The notes below the pieces were generated by a model. The model did no database searches, was not told the DNA's origin, and saw only the letters and a list, made by a program, of their open reading frames with translations. From the NCBI GenBank assembly GCA_020637215.1, contig JACJWI010000009.1, positions 20,576 through 84,575 on the forward strand: a DNA stretch of 64,000 nt. Direction: 5' to 3'. Shown piece by piece: positions 1 to 9,046 of this stretch (position 1 is the first letter of the stretch; every line of letters starts with the position of its first letter). Source of the stretch: Microthrixaceae bacterium. GTDB lineage: Bacteria > Actinomycetota > Acidimicrobiia > Acidimicrobiales > Microtrichaceae. The position numbers and the translations under genes are program-made.

Positions 1-205
1 CCCCGATGATCCGCCGCGAGATCGACCCGATGCGGTCGATGGTCGGGTCCGCTGCTGGCGCGGCGGTACCGATCGGTGTTCCTGGGCGGGCCAGGTCGGC
101 CAGGACGAGCCCGATCGGGGTGGGCCGAGGGGCGAGCGCACGCCATGTGATCAGCGCGCCGGCGCCGATTCCCGCGCCGAGGAGGCACATGACGACGACC
201 TTCAC
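1..205 (-). CDS. TadC-like type II secretion F-family membrane protein (partial, runs off the left edge)
   Basis: GTG start overlaps the tadB stop (GTGA). Translates MKVVVMCLLGAGIGAGALITWRALAPRP, a hydrophobic N-terminus in the tadC position. Confidence 0.7.
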   Translation of the reverse strand, partial: MKVVVMCLLGAGIGAGALITWRALAPRPTPIGLVLADLARPGTPIGTAAPAADPTIDRIGSISRRIIG

Positions 206-1065
206 GGCTCGACTCCTACCGCTGTCGGGCTGGCGGCTCGAGCCGTGAAGCGCTCGGGTAGGTCGATGCGGGCCATGCGGGTGAGGAGCCATCCGCCGGT
301 GGCGAAGATGGCGCCGACGACGGCCAGAACGAGTTGACCAACGGGGCTGTCGTAGACGGCGAGGTAGTCCCGGTTGACCAGAGCGAGGAACACCACTGCG
401 GCGACGACGACACCGACGATCACCTTGGTGGCAGTTCGCACTCTCGTGCGACCGACCTCGACGCGGATGCGCATCCTCGCCTCGCCGCGGGTGGCATCGG
501 CGAGCCGGGACAGGAGGCTGGACAGGTCGCTGGCTTCCATCCGGGCGGCGATGACGAGCGCGGCGACGACCAGGTCGCCGGAGGGGTGGATGAGGTCGTT
601 GCCGAACGCGACGAGCGCATCGGGCAGCGGTTGGTGTTCGAGGCGACGGACGAGGGTGCGGACCTCGGGGGCGATCGGTGCAGGGGCGACGTTCGCGGTG
701 GCGATGATGGCTTCTTCGAGCCCGGACGCGGCGACGATCGAGTCGCGGATCATCTCGGTCCACGAGGCAATGGCCTCGGTGCGAGCGATCTCGCGGTCGC
801 GGTGGCTCTTTCCTCCGAGCACACCCGGCAGGGCCGCGACGGTGAGCGCGCCGAGAACCCCGCCGACGAACCAGCCGGTGACCGCCCACACGACGATGAA
901 CGCAGCGACGCTGGACGCGATGCGGGCCGTTCCGGGGCCGCCGACTCTGCGTTGAGCGCCGGCTCCCACCCCTTCGAGGATCGGCCTGCCGGTGAGCCCG
1001 GCCACGACGAGCAGGAGCCCCAGTGCTGCGCCGGCCGCGAGTGCGGCGATGACCAGGGCGCTCAT
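202..1065 (-). CDS. tadB: TadB-like type II secretion F-family protein
   Basis: N-terminal TM helix, GLEEAI motif, C-terminal TMs with YLAVYDSPVGQ; ATG overlaps the cpaF stop. Confidence 0.85.
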   Translation of the reverse strand: MSALVIAALAAGAALGLLLVVAGLTGRPILEGVGAGAQRRVGGPGTARIASSVAAFIVVWAVTGWFVGGVLGALTVAALPGVLGGKSHRDREIARTEAIASWTEMIRDSIVAASGLEEAIIATANVAPAPIAPEVRTLVRRLEHQPLPDALVAFGNDLIHPSGDLVVAALVIAARMEASDLSSLLSRLADATRGEARMRIRVEVGRTRVRTATKVIVGVVVAAVVFLALVNRDYLAVYDSPVGQLVLAVVGAIFATGGWLLTRMARIDLPERFTARAASPTAVGVEP

Positions 1066-2438
1066 CGCCACCACCCGTCGGCCAGCGCGTGCGCTTCGAC
1101 GTCGAAGCCGTAGCGCTCGAGCTTGTCGGTCAGCTCGCGGGTAGGGGGTGCGGCCGGGGCCGCTGTGCCGGTTTCGTCGGGGCGCCAGAGCTCGTTGGAG
1201 ACGATGTGTGGGCCTTCGAGGGTGCCGGTGACCTGGCGGACGCTGGTGATGCGCCGCTCGCCCTCGACCCAGCCGAGGTGCACGATGAGGTCGACGGCAT
1301 TGGCGACGAGCAGGTTCGTCACCTCGGGCACCAGCCGCTCGGGGGTCATGGCCGCGTACATGGCGAGCCGCCCGAAGACGCCCTTGGACGAGTCGGCGTG
1401 GATCGAGCACATCGACCCGTCGTTGCCTTGGGACATGGCGAGCAGCATCGGGAGCACCTCGGCGCCGCGAACCTCACCGACGATGACGCGGTGTGGGTCC
1501 ATGCGCAGCGCGGAGCGGACGAGGTCGGCGAGGGTGATCGCGCCGACGCCTTCGGTGTTGGCCTCGCGGGCTTCGAGGGTCTCGTGGTCGGGATGGAGGT
1601 CCTCGAAGCGTTCCAGGCCGATCTCGAGTGAGTCCTCGACGGTGATGAGCCGCTCGTCGGGTTCGATCTCGTTGATGAGGCAGCGAAGCATCGTGGTCTT
1701 GCCGGTGCCGGTGCCGCCGGCAACGATCACGTTTGCTCGGGCCCGCACCGCGGCCGACAGGAACCTGGAGAGCAGGTCGTTGCACACACCGCGTGCGACG
1801 AGCTGGTCGACACGGTGGATGTCGAAGTCGTGGCGGCGGATCGTCACCGTGGGTCGACCTGACACGGCCATGAGGGCGTGGAGCCGGTCGCCGTTGGGGA
1901 GTTGGAGGTTGAGCTCGGGTTGGGCGTGGTCCCAGCGGCGTTCGCTTCGACCAAGCCTCCGGGCCGCGGTGGCGATCAGCTCGACCAGCTCGTCGTCGGA
2001 CGCTGCGACCGACGGGCCACGCACCTTGGTGCCGTCGCGCATGGTGAGCCACACCCGGTTCGCCCCCGAAATGTGGATGTCGCGGATCGACGGGTCGTCG
2101 AGCAGCGGTTGGAGGCGGGCGAGGCCGTGGAGTCGATCGAGCACCGCGGTCATCACCGCGTCCTCGGTGGCTTCGTCGAGCGGTTGGCGACCTGTGGAGT
2201 AGGCGTCGGTTGCCAGTCGGCGCAGTTCGTCGGCCAACAACTTGCGGGCCAGGGCTCGTTCATCGGATACCGATAGTCGGCCTCGGCCCGCGTCCTCATG
2301 GGCGCTGTGGGCGGCGGTGAGCGACTCGCCGACGATGCGATGCAATCGGCCGACGAGCTCCGCGGCCTCGCCCTCGAGCGGTGCCGAGGAGGCGGTCGAG
2401 CTTCCCTGCTGTGGAGAGATCGCGACCGTGGTGCTCAT
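1062..2438 (-). CDS. cpaF: CpaF/TadA pilus assembly ATPase
   Basis: Walker A GGTGTGKTT, ITVEDSLE, LRMDPHRVIVGEVRG, GNDGSMCSIHA. Confidence 0.95.
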   Translation of the reverse strand: MSTTVAISPQQGSSTASSAPLEGEAAELVGRLHRIVGESLTAAHSAHEDAGRGRLSVSDERALARKLLADELRRLATDAYSTGRQPLDEATEDAVMTAVLDRLHGLARLQPLLDDPSIRDIHISGANRVWLTMRDGTKVRGPSVAASDDELVELIATAARRLGRSERRWDHAQPELNLQLPNGDRLHALMAVSGRPTVTIRRHDFDIHRVDQLVARGVCNDLLSRFLSAAVRARANVIVAGGTGTGKTTMLRCLINEIEPDERLITVEDSLEIGLERFEDLHPDHETLEAREANTEGVGAITLADLVRSALRMDPHRVIVGEVRGAEVLPMLLAMSQGNDGSMCSIHADSSKGVFGRLAMYAAMTPERLVPEVTNLLVANAVDLIVHLGWVEGERRITSVRQVTGTLEGPHIVSNELWRPDETGTAAPAAPPTRELTDKLERYGFDVEAHALADGWWR

Positions 2439-3157
2439 CGGATCGTCACCGCCTCGGACACCGGTGCGGCGGGCTTGTCGAGGATGTCGACGAGCCCGGC
2501 GACGGCTCGCGAGAGCCGGGAGCGGGCGAGGGACCGGGAAGTGGTTCCACCGTCGCGGAGGTGAGCGGCAGTCGTGGGGTCGTCGGGCAAGTGGGCCAGG
2601 ACCGGCGCGCCGAGCGAGTCACCGATCTCGGTGGGCCGGTAGGTGCCGTCACCGACGAGCACCACGCCGACCTGCACGCCGCGGTGGCCGAGGTTGGTGG
2701 CGTTCAGCGTTGCGACCGCGTGGGATGCGGCGACGAGCTCCTCGGCATTGGGTCGGGCCAGCACCAACACCACCTCGGCAACGTCGAGGATCCGGGGGCG
2801 GCGCCAGATCCGGCCGACGTCGATGACGACCGTCCCGTCGGAGCGGCCGAGAACCCCCACGATCCGCTCCCCCGCTGTCCGCCACAACGACTCCGCAGTT
2901 TCCGCGGCGTCCGGGCCGACCAGCACCGGGATGCCGCCGGCGTTCTGGGCGTGGTCGAGCCAACCGCCGGGCTCGTGTGGGTTCGCCGCAGCCAGCGTGA
3001 CCAGGCCCGGTTCGCGTCCGAGCCCGTAGCGGATCGCGACCACCCCACCGGACAGGTCCGCCTCCACCATCACGGCGTCGAGGTGCGACGCGACGAGCAG
3101 AGCGGTGGTGGTGACCCCGGGTGCGCCCCGGGCCGAGCACAACGCCACGGCCCTCAT
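2435..3157 (-). CDS. CpaE/ParA-MinD-like protein with degenerate P-loop
   Basis: SARGAPGVTTTA (Walker A lacking Lys), VEADLSGG, VVIDVGR; lies between the SAF gene and cpaF. Confidence 0.75.
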   Translation of the reverse strand: MRAVALCSARGAPGVTTTALLVASHLDAVMVEADLSGGVVAIRYGLGREPGLVTLAAANPHEPGGWLDHAQNAGGIPVLVGPDAAETAESLWRTAGERIVGVLGRSDGTVVIDVGRIWRRPRILDVAEVVLVLARPNAEELVAASHAVATLNATNLGHRGVQVGVVLVGDGTYRPTEIGDSLGAPVLAHLPDDPTTAAHLRDGGTTSRSLARSRLSRAVAGLVDILDKPAAPVSEAVTIR

Positions 3158-3888
3158 GGCGACACCTGCACGAGCCGCAACGACCCCGACCCCGCCCGGG
3201 CGGCGACCGCAACCGCGTCGCCCTCCGGCGCGAGGATCGACACGAGCAGTCGGTCACTTGTCAGCTCCTCGACCGAGACGACGGTCGCCCCGCGGGCGAT
3301 CACCACGTCGCCCATACCAGTGCTGGTGTCGGCACCGTCATCGCTTGTGTCGCCGTCGTCAGCCTCGTTCGTGACCGGGTCGGCGGGGTCGACGGTTCGG
3401 ACCACATTCACGAGGTCCCCCGGCGACAGTCCCATCGCTGGGTAGCCGCCCGGTTCGAGCGACAGGCCGACGATGCCGTCGCCCGCCTCGAGCGCAGGAC
3501 GGTCTGCGACGACCGAACGCGTGAGCAGGGTTCCCGGTGCGAGGTCGACGAGCGCCACCTGGCCGACCACGCTGTTCAGGTCGGCTTGGGTCAGGTGGGC
3601 GAGCGTGTCGTCGCTGGCGACGTAGACCACGCGAACATCGGACGACGACAGGGTCTGGCCTCGTTCGACGGTGCCGACGACCGCAAGCGCTGGTGACTTG
3701 TCGACGGCGCTCAGGTGCCACAGGACCGCGCCGAGAGCGAACACGGTCATCACCAGCACGCCGACCACAAGCTCGGGCAGGCGCACGCGGCGGCGGGGTG
3801 GGGCGATGCCCGCGACCGGGGCGGGGCGGTGACCGTTCGTGCTCGGTGCTCCTGATCGGGGAGCGCGGACGGTTGGGGTGGATGCCAT
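3154..3888 (-). CDS. SAF-domain / RcpC-CpaB-like pilus protein
   Basis: TM helix followed by SAF-like VERGQTLSSSDV...VGQVALVDLAPGTLL; ATG at 3888 follows the upstream stop. Confidence 0.8.
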   Translation of the reverse strand: MASTPTVRAPRSGAPSTNGHRPAPVAGIAPPRRRVRLPELVVGVLVMTVFALGAVLWHLSAVDKSPALAVVGTVERGQTLSSSDVRVVYVASDDTLAHLTQADLNSVVGQVALVDLAPGTLLTRSVVADRPALEAGDGIVGLSLEPGGYPAMGLSPGDLVNVVRTVDPADPVTNEADDGDTSDDGADTSTGMGDVVIARGATVVSVEELTSDRLLVSILAPEGDAVAVAARAGSGSLRLVQVSP

Positions 3889-3889
3889 G

Positions 3890-4759
3890 TCAGTCGCCTC
3901 TCGTGCCGATCGCTTGGATCTCGCCCACCTCGACATCGAGGGTCGAGGTGCGCGTGATCGCCGGGAGGGTCCCACCGAACGGCGCATTGGAGGTCCAGGT
4001 GATCTCGAGGCGGACCGTGGCCGAGAGGTCGAAGGTGCCGCCGTCGGCCGAGGCTGACGACCGGCGGTAGGTGTGGGTGCAGTTGCTCGCGTCCTCGTCG
4101 ACGCCGGGCGACCAGGCGACCCCGGGGCCACGGCACACTTCGCTGCCACCATCACCGGTGCCCCAGGTGACCGACACCGGTCGAGCGGTCACCGTCGACC
4201 ACACCCGGCCCGCCTGCGCGGTAGCGGTGTAGGGCTGCCACCACGACGAATCGATCCACAACCACGTCGGGATCTGCACGTACAGCCGTCCGCTCTCTTC
4301 TGGGCTCGTGCGGATCGCGGGCGGCGCGATCTGCACGGACTGCAACGCCTGCTGAGCCAGAGCGGCCGGGTCGACCAGACCGCCCTCGGGGATGATGAAG
4401 TAGCCGTCGACAGCGACGGCGCCGGTACCTTCGCACCAGTACTCGAGCCAGCGTCCCGTCGCCGAGTGCTGGGTCTGGAGGGTGTCGACGTCGTAGATGC
4501 CCATCTGGAAGTCGTCCTCGATGACGACGTGCCACTCACACGGCGGACCTTCCCCTCCTCCTCCTCCACCGCCACCCGAGCCGCCACCACCGGGGTTCGC
4601 GGTGCCGTCGCCTGCGGTGGCCGTCGGGTCGCCGTCACCGTCGACGTAGGCGCCACCTCCTCCACCTGGAGGAGGACGGTTGCCGGCACCGGCCGGTGTC
4701 GCGGCAAGCAGGACCGAGGCCCCGGCGAGGAGCAACGCCGTCAAGACGCGAGTGCGCAT
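3890..4759 (-). CDS. Secreted Gly-rich protein with Trp/Cys-rich beta-rich C-terminus
   Basis: Signal peptide MRTRVLTALLLAGASVLLAATPAGA, Gly tracts, PTWLWID...VTWGTGDG...C..PG...CTHTY. Confidence 0.75.
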   Translation of the reverse strand: MRTRVLTALLLAGASVLLAATPAGAGNRPPPGGGGGAYVDGDGDPTATAGDGTANPGGGGSGGGGGGGGEGPPCEWHVVIEDDFQMGIYDVDTLQTQHSATGRWLEYWCEGTGAVAVDGYFIIPEGGLVDPAALAQQALQSVQIAPPAIRTSPEESGRLYVQIPTWLWIDSSWWQPYTATAQAGRVWSTVTARPVSVTWGTGDGGSEVCRGPGVAWSPGVDEDASNCTHTYRRSSASADGGTFDLSATVRLEITWTSNAPFGGTLPAITRTSTLDVEVGEIQAIGTRGD

Positions 4760-5391
4760 CCGGCCACCCCCTCGAATTGCTGGAGGAGTCGAGCCTCCGA
4801 CACCTTCCACACCCCGTCGACCCGAAGCATCTCGGCCTGGACGTTGTGGGTGCTGACCGAGTCATCGACCACCTCACCGGTGTCACGGCTCACGACCAGG
4901 CCGTCGTCGACCACGCACTCCTGGACCACGGCCCGGTCGCCGTCGATCTCCACCACCGTGACCCGCTGGATGTTGTGTGGTTCTGCGGCTCGCTCGAACG
5001 CGACACCCGAGTCGAGGTTGGACTGGGTCTCGGCAACCACCGCATCGAGCTGACGGCCAGTGGCGAAGTCGCGCAATGCCGGATCGTCGGGGTTCGGGAC
5101 CCCAGCGTTCGCGTTGAAGCGCGCATTCCAGTAGCCGACGTAGCGATCGATCACCTCCTGCTCCGCGGTCGTACCCGGAGCAGTGGTGACCGGTGTGGCC
5201 TCGGTCGTGGTCGTCGTGGTGTCCCGCGACGTCGAGGACGTCGACGCGGTGGTCGATGTCCTGTCTGCGGCGGTCGTCGACGACGCCGCGGTATCGCTGT
5301 CGTCATCGCTGCAACCGGCGAGCGCGAGAACCAGCGCAACACAGAGGGCGCTGATCACGGCGCGTCGGGGTGGGTGACCGAACCAAGGCAT
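4741..5391 (-). CDS. Lipoprotein with Ser/Thr-rich linker
   Basis: Lipobox LAGC, Thr-rich linker, GAGGA RBS; C-terminal AVVQECVVD...GVWKVS. Confidence 0.8.
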   Translation of the reverse strand: MPWFGHPPRRAVISALCVALVLALAGCSDDDSDTAASSTTAADRTSTTASTSSTSRDTTTTTTEATPVTTAPGTTAEQEVIDRYVGYWNARFNANAGVPNPDDPALRDFATGRQLDAVVAETQSNLDSGVAFERAAEPHNIQRVTVVEIDGDRAVVQECVVDDGLVVSRDTGEVVDDSVSTHNVQAEMLRVDGVWKVSEARLLQQFEGVAGCALAS

Positions 5392-5627
5392 GGGTGTGCC
5401 TCCTCGTCCGAGGGGACCCGTACCCAGCGCCGACCATCCCACCAACACGGGACGGCGGCGGACCGTACCCATGAGGGATCGACAGCGAGTGGCGCTGAGG
5501 TGGGAGGTCCGCCCCGTATCGGTCAGGCAGACGAGACCGGGCCGACCACGACGTCGACCAGCAACGACGGTACCCGATCGTCTCGGAGTTGTCTCCTGAC
5601 CTCGGGTCGATCCCGCTCGAGCACCCA

Positions 5628-6326
5628 TCAGCTCGCCAGCGGCAGGACGCGCAGGCAGCGCTCGGCGCGGGTGCGTCGACGCCAGATCGCGTCCGCCGAC
5701 ATGTTCATGTCCGCGGCCACGTCGACCAGCGACTCACCGCCCAGGCGGGTGCGGATGATCGTCGCCAGCGCGGCGCGGGAGACCATGCCCTGCTCCTGGG
5801 CGCTGCGGAGCTCGTCGAACAACTCCTGCTCGCACACGACCTGTTCCGGAGTCGGGTTGGGATCGGCGCCGAAGCGCCGGTTGTGCACCTCGGGTTCGAC
5901 CGGGCACTCGATCGTGGCCCTGTTGCGGAGGAACTCCTTGCGGACGTCGAGCACCACGTTCGCCGCCACCGGTCCCGGCCGCTGCGGTGGGTAGGTGCGG
6001 ATCCGGTTCCACGCGATCGACACGACCTCACCCACCGAGTCCGGCTCGTCGTGCACCACCCCGGCGACCACGCGGACGACGCCGCCCAGCAGCGCCTGGA
6101 GCAGCGTGCGTGCCGCGACTTCATCGACGGGGGCCTCGGTGGCGAGCACCCGCAACGCGCTGGCCCCCCAGTCGCGTCTGCCCCGGGTGTCGACGAAGTC
6201 GTTCAGGCTCTGGACTTGGCCCAGCTCGGGGTGACGGGCCGTCCAGCGCATCAGCGCTCGACGAGCCTTCGGAGAGCGGGCCAACGTGGCCCACTCCTCG
6301 TTCAGAGCATGCACGATCGTTGTCAT
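5628..6326 (-). CDS. Sigma-70/ECF-like transcription factor
   Basis: Region-4 HTH IIRTRLGGESLVDVAADMNMSADAIWRRRTRAERCL; GGAGG RBS before ATG 6326. Confidence 0.7.
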   Translation of the reverse strand: MTTIVHALNEEWATLARSPKARRALMRWTARHPELGQVQSLNDFVDTRGRRDWGASALRVLATEAPVDEVAARTLLQALLGGVVRVVAGVVHDEPDSVGEVVSIAWNRIRTYPPQRPGPVAANVVLDVRKEFLRNRATIECPVEPEVHNRRFGADPNPTPEQVVCEQELFDELRSAQEQGMVSRAALATIIRTRLGGESLVDVAADMNMSADAIWRRRTRAERCLRVLPLAS

Positions 6327-6376
6327 CGGGAGGACCTCCTGGTGCTGGTTGGACACCAGGAGGCTCCGCGCGGCCC

Positions 6377-6454
6377 ATCCCGTTGGCTCTCCCGTTACCT
6401 ATCCGGTTGGCGAGAAATCCTCGAGATTCTTCAACCGGATACCCAACGGGATAG
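6377..6454. repeat. 12-bp repeat cluster: 3 reverse copies (6377-6412) and 2 forward copies (6431-6454)
   Basis: atcccgttggct ctcccgttacct atccggttggcg ... tcaaccggatac ccaacgggatag; lies upstream of the sigma-like gene. Confidence 0.85.
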
Positions 6455-6465
6455 ACAGCGCGATG

Positions 6466-8106
6466 TCACGCCTTGTGGGCCTCGTTTCGTCCAGGAATCA
6501 CCAGTTCTGGCCAGTGGCCGAGGTCGCGGCGGAGCTGGCGGTCATGGGTCACGACGACCACCGCTGCGGCCGTGGCGTCGAGGGCCTCGGTGAGCTCGTC
6601 GACGAGCGCGATCGACAGGTGGTTGGTGGGTTCGTCGAGGAGCAGGGCGTGGGGTCGGCCGGCGAGGGCGAGGGCGAGGTCGAGACGGCGTTGCTGGCCC
6701 ATGGAGAGCTCGGCAAGGGGTCGAGCGGTGTCGGCAGCCGAGAGCAGCCCGAGGGACCGCAACGGCACGGTCGCATCGAGTCCCAGGTGACGGAGTTGAT
6801 GCATACGGGCTTCGTAGATGTCATGGACTCGGCGTCGGTCAGCTGACGGGGTCTCCTGGGCGACGAAGCCGATGCGAGCGTTCGCCGCGACCCTCACCGA
6901 GCCCTGGTCCGCTTCGAGCTGTCCGGCAAGCACCGCGAGCAGGGTGGACTTGCCGGCCCCGTTCGGACCGGTGATCAGGAGACGGTCGCCGGATTCGAGC
7001 GCGACGGTGACCGGGCCCGTGAGCCGGCCGTCGACCGCGACCTCCTCGGCTCGCACGAGCGTCACGCCGGACAGCGTTGCCAGTTCGGGCATGTGGAACC
7101 GCAGCGGCGCCATCGGTCTCGATACGGCGTGGTCGGCGAGGTCGTCGATCCGTCGGTTCACCGCCCGAACCAGAGACGGTGCCCGAGTGGCGCGCTGGTG
7201 CTTGCCGGTGCCCTTCGGTGGACGCCAACTCGAACGAAGCCGGTTCTGCGCCGCCGAAAGGTCGTCGGCGAGGCGGGCCTCCTCGGCCAGGTGCTGGTCG
7301 TAGTCCTGCTCCCAGCGGGCCATCGCCGCCGAACGACCGGCCCGGTAGCCCTCATAGCCGTCGCCGTAGACGCGGGGCCGCCCATCGATGCTGGGATCCA
7401 GGTCGAGGATCTTGGTCGCGACGTCGGCGAGCAACACCCGGTCGTGGCTGACCAGGACCACCCCGCCGGGATGGTCGCGCAGCGCGGCGGTCAAGAAGTC
7501 GAGGCCGTGCTCGTCGAGGTGGTTGGTGGGCTCGTCGAGGAGCAAGAAGTCGTGCTGAGCACCGAGCAGGCACGCCAGGCGCACCCGGTAGCGCTCCCCG
7601 ACCGACATCTGCGCGAGTGCGCGGCTGCGGTCGCGCACCGCGCCGAGCGCGTCGAGCGCCAAGTCAACGCGTCGGTCCGCATCCCACGCGTCGAGCGCCG
7701 TCGCAGCATCGAGCGCCGCCGCGTACTCGTCGTCAGCACCCTCGACCTCCGCGGCCATGGCCGCGGCAGCCTCGTCGAGGGCCTGCAACGCGGCGCGAGC
7801 ATCGGCCAGCTCCACGTCGATCAGCTCACCGACGGTTCGCGCGTCTCCAGCAGCCAGTTCCTGCTCAGCGACGCCGATGCTGCCGATCCGGCTGACCGTC
7901 CCCGAGTCAGGGCGCAGCGTCCCCGCGAGGACGTGCAGCAGCGTCGACTTGCCGCGACCGTTCTCACCCACCACGCCCAGACGGGTGCCCGCCGAGACCG
8001 ACACCGACACGTCGACCAGGACCGGCCGACCCCCTCGTTCCACGTGCACCGACGCGGCGACGAGTTGGGCGCGCGACCGCGCCCGAACCTCTGTGTTGCG
8101 AACCAA
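6466..8106 (-). CDS. ABC-F family ATPase (candidate ribosome-protection protein)
   Basis: Two NBDs (GENGRGKST, GPNGAGKST; LLLDEPTNHL twice), no TM domains, basic interdomain linker; GGAAGGA RBS before TTG. Confidence 0.92.
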   Translation of the reverse strand: MVRNTEVRARSRAQLVAASVHVERGGRPVLVDVSVSVSAGTRLGVVGENGRGKSTLLHVLAGTLRPDSGTVSRIGSIGVAEQELAAGDARTVGELIDVELADARAALQALDEAAAAMAAEVEGADDEYAAALDAATALDAWDADRRVDLALDALGAVRDRSRALAQMSVGERYRVRLACLLGAQHDFLLLDEPTNHLDEHGLDFLTAALRDHPGGVVLVSHDRVLLADVATKILDLDPSIDGRPRVYGDGYEGYRAGRSAAMARWEQDYDQHLAEEARLADDLSAAQNRLRSSWRPPKGTGKHQRATRAPSLVRAVNRRIDDLADHAVSRPMAPLRFHMPELATLSGVTLVRAEEVAVDGRLTGPVTVALESGDRLLITGPNGAGKSTLLAVLAGQLEADQGSVRVAANARIGFVAQETPSADRRRVHDIYEARMHQLRHLGLDATVPLRSLGLLSAADTARPLAELSMGQQRRLDLALALAGRPHALLLDEPTNHLSIALVDELTEALDATAAAVVVVTHDRQLRRDLGHWPELVIPGRNEAHKA

Positions 8107-8172
8107 GACCAGTTCCTTCCCAGTGGGTGACCATCACCGCCAACCGGCGCGGCCACACGCGATCCACGAACG

Positions 8173-8229
8173 AGCGACCCCTCCGTCGGGGTTCGCCGAT
8201 CAACCCGGACGCGACAACGCGTCCCCGGG
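8173..8229 (-). promoter_or_regulatory. Hairpins in the ABC-F leader (putative attenuator)
   Basis: Stems ggacgcg/cgcgtcc (8207-8224) and gcgacccc/ggggttcgc (8173-8196) lie between the uORF and the ABC-F RBS. Confidence 0.6.
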
Positions 8230-8237
8230 CTGGTGGA

Positions 8238-8261
8238 TCAAAGGAAGATCGACTGCAACAT
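8238..8261 (-). CDS. Putative leaderless leader peptide MLQSIFL
   Basis: ATG TTG CAG TCG ATC TTC CTT TGA, with a TAGCCT -10-like hexamer 7 nt upstream of the ATG. Confidence 0.55.
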   Translation of the reverse strand: MLQSIFL

Positions 8262-8361
8262 GACAGCCAGGCTACCAACGAATCTGGCTCCTACCGGGCA
8301 GGTTCGCGGGCGCTATCCAGCTTGAGCGCGGGATTCGGTCCGATTCGCGGCTTACCTGGGC

Positions 8362-8907
8362 ATGGAACACGATCGAGTCCTCACGTTCACGCCCGTCAAC
8401 CACCCGAACCGCCAGGTTCGACAGATCGGCTTCGATCTGTCGGACACCTACGTCGAGCAGTGCTGGTCTGCTGTCGTCGGGCCGAGCGCGGTGGTGCTGT
8501 TGCGCCGGATGCCCGAGCTGTGGCGCCACGAGGTCCCGGCCAAGATGCCCGCGGACGAGCTGAGCCGCTCGATCGGGCTCGGGGGCGGGACCGGGCCGAA
8601 CAGCCGGCTCATGGCGATCACCGATCGGATGGTCAAGTTCGGGCTCGTCCGCCGGGGTGGCGGACCGGACCGCTTCGACGTGTTCCTCGAGGTCGCACCA
8701 TTGCAGGCCCGACAGCTCGAGCGGGTGCCCGAGTGGACCCAGGCCACCCATGAGCGGTTGTTCTCAGCGCACCTCGAGGGCTTCGACGGTGTCGCCGAGC
8801 ACCGAGCGAAGGTCACCAACGCGGCGGTCGATCTGAATCGGTTTCGTGACCGAGCCACCCACTCCGACCGCACCCCACCAGCAGCGCGTCAGGCCCTCGG
8901 GCGATGA
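8362..8907 (+). CDS. Hypothetical protein, winged-helix-like (possible replication or relaxosome accessory)
   Basis: 181-aa ORF with plausible protein composition, YVEQCWSAVVGPSAVVLLRR...DELSRSIGLG; directly upstream of the relaxase. Confidence 0.6.
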   Translation: MEHDRVLTFTPVNHPNRQVRQIGFDLSDTYVEQCWSAVVGPSAVVLLRRMPELWRHEVPAKMPADELSRSIGLGGGTGPNSRLMAITDRMVKFGLVRRGGGPDRFDVFLEVAPLQARQLERVPEWTQATHERLFSAHLEGFDGVAEHRAKVTNAAVDLNRFRDRATHSDRTPPAARQALGR

Positions 8908-8997
8908 GCCTCAGGAGCCGTCCCGGCTCTCCCGGAAGCCTGGCCGTCGCGGGAACCCACGTCGGTTCTGAACGGCAGGTCTGGCGCGCACACATTG

Positions 8998-9039
8998 ACA
9001 GGTTCCCCTTCGGGGAACCTGTTGGCTATCCGGTTGGCG
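8998..9039. promoter_or_regulatory. Perfect 11-bp inverted repeat plus two 12-bp repeat copies (candidate oriT/operator)
   Basis: acaggttcccc-ttc-ggggaacctgt (8998-9022) overlapping TTGACA (8995-9000); atccggttggcg at 9028-9039, just before the relaxase GTG. Confidence 0.5.
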
Positions 9040-9046
9040 GTTCGTC

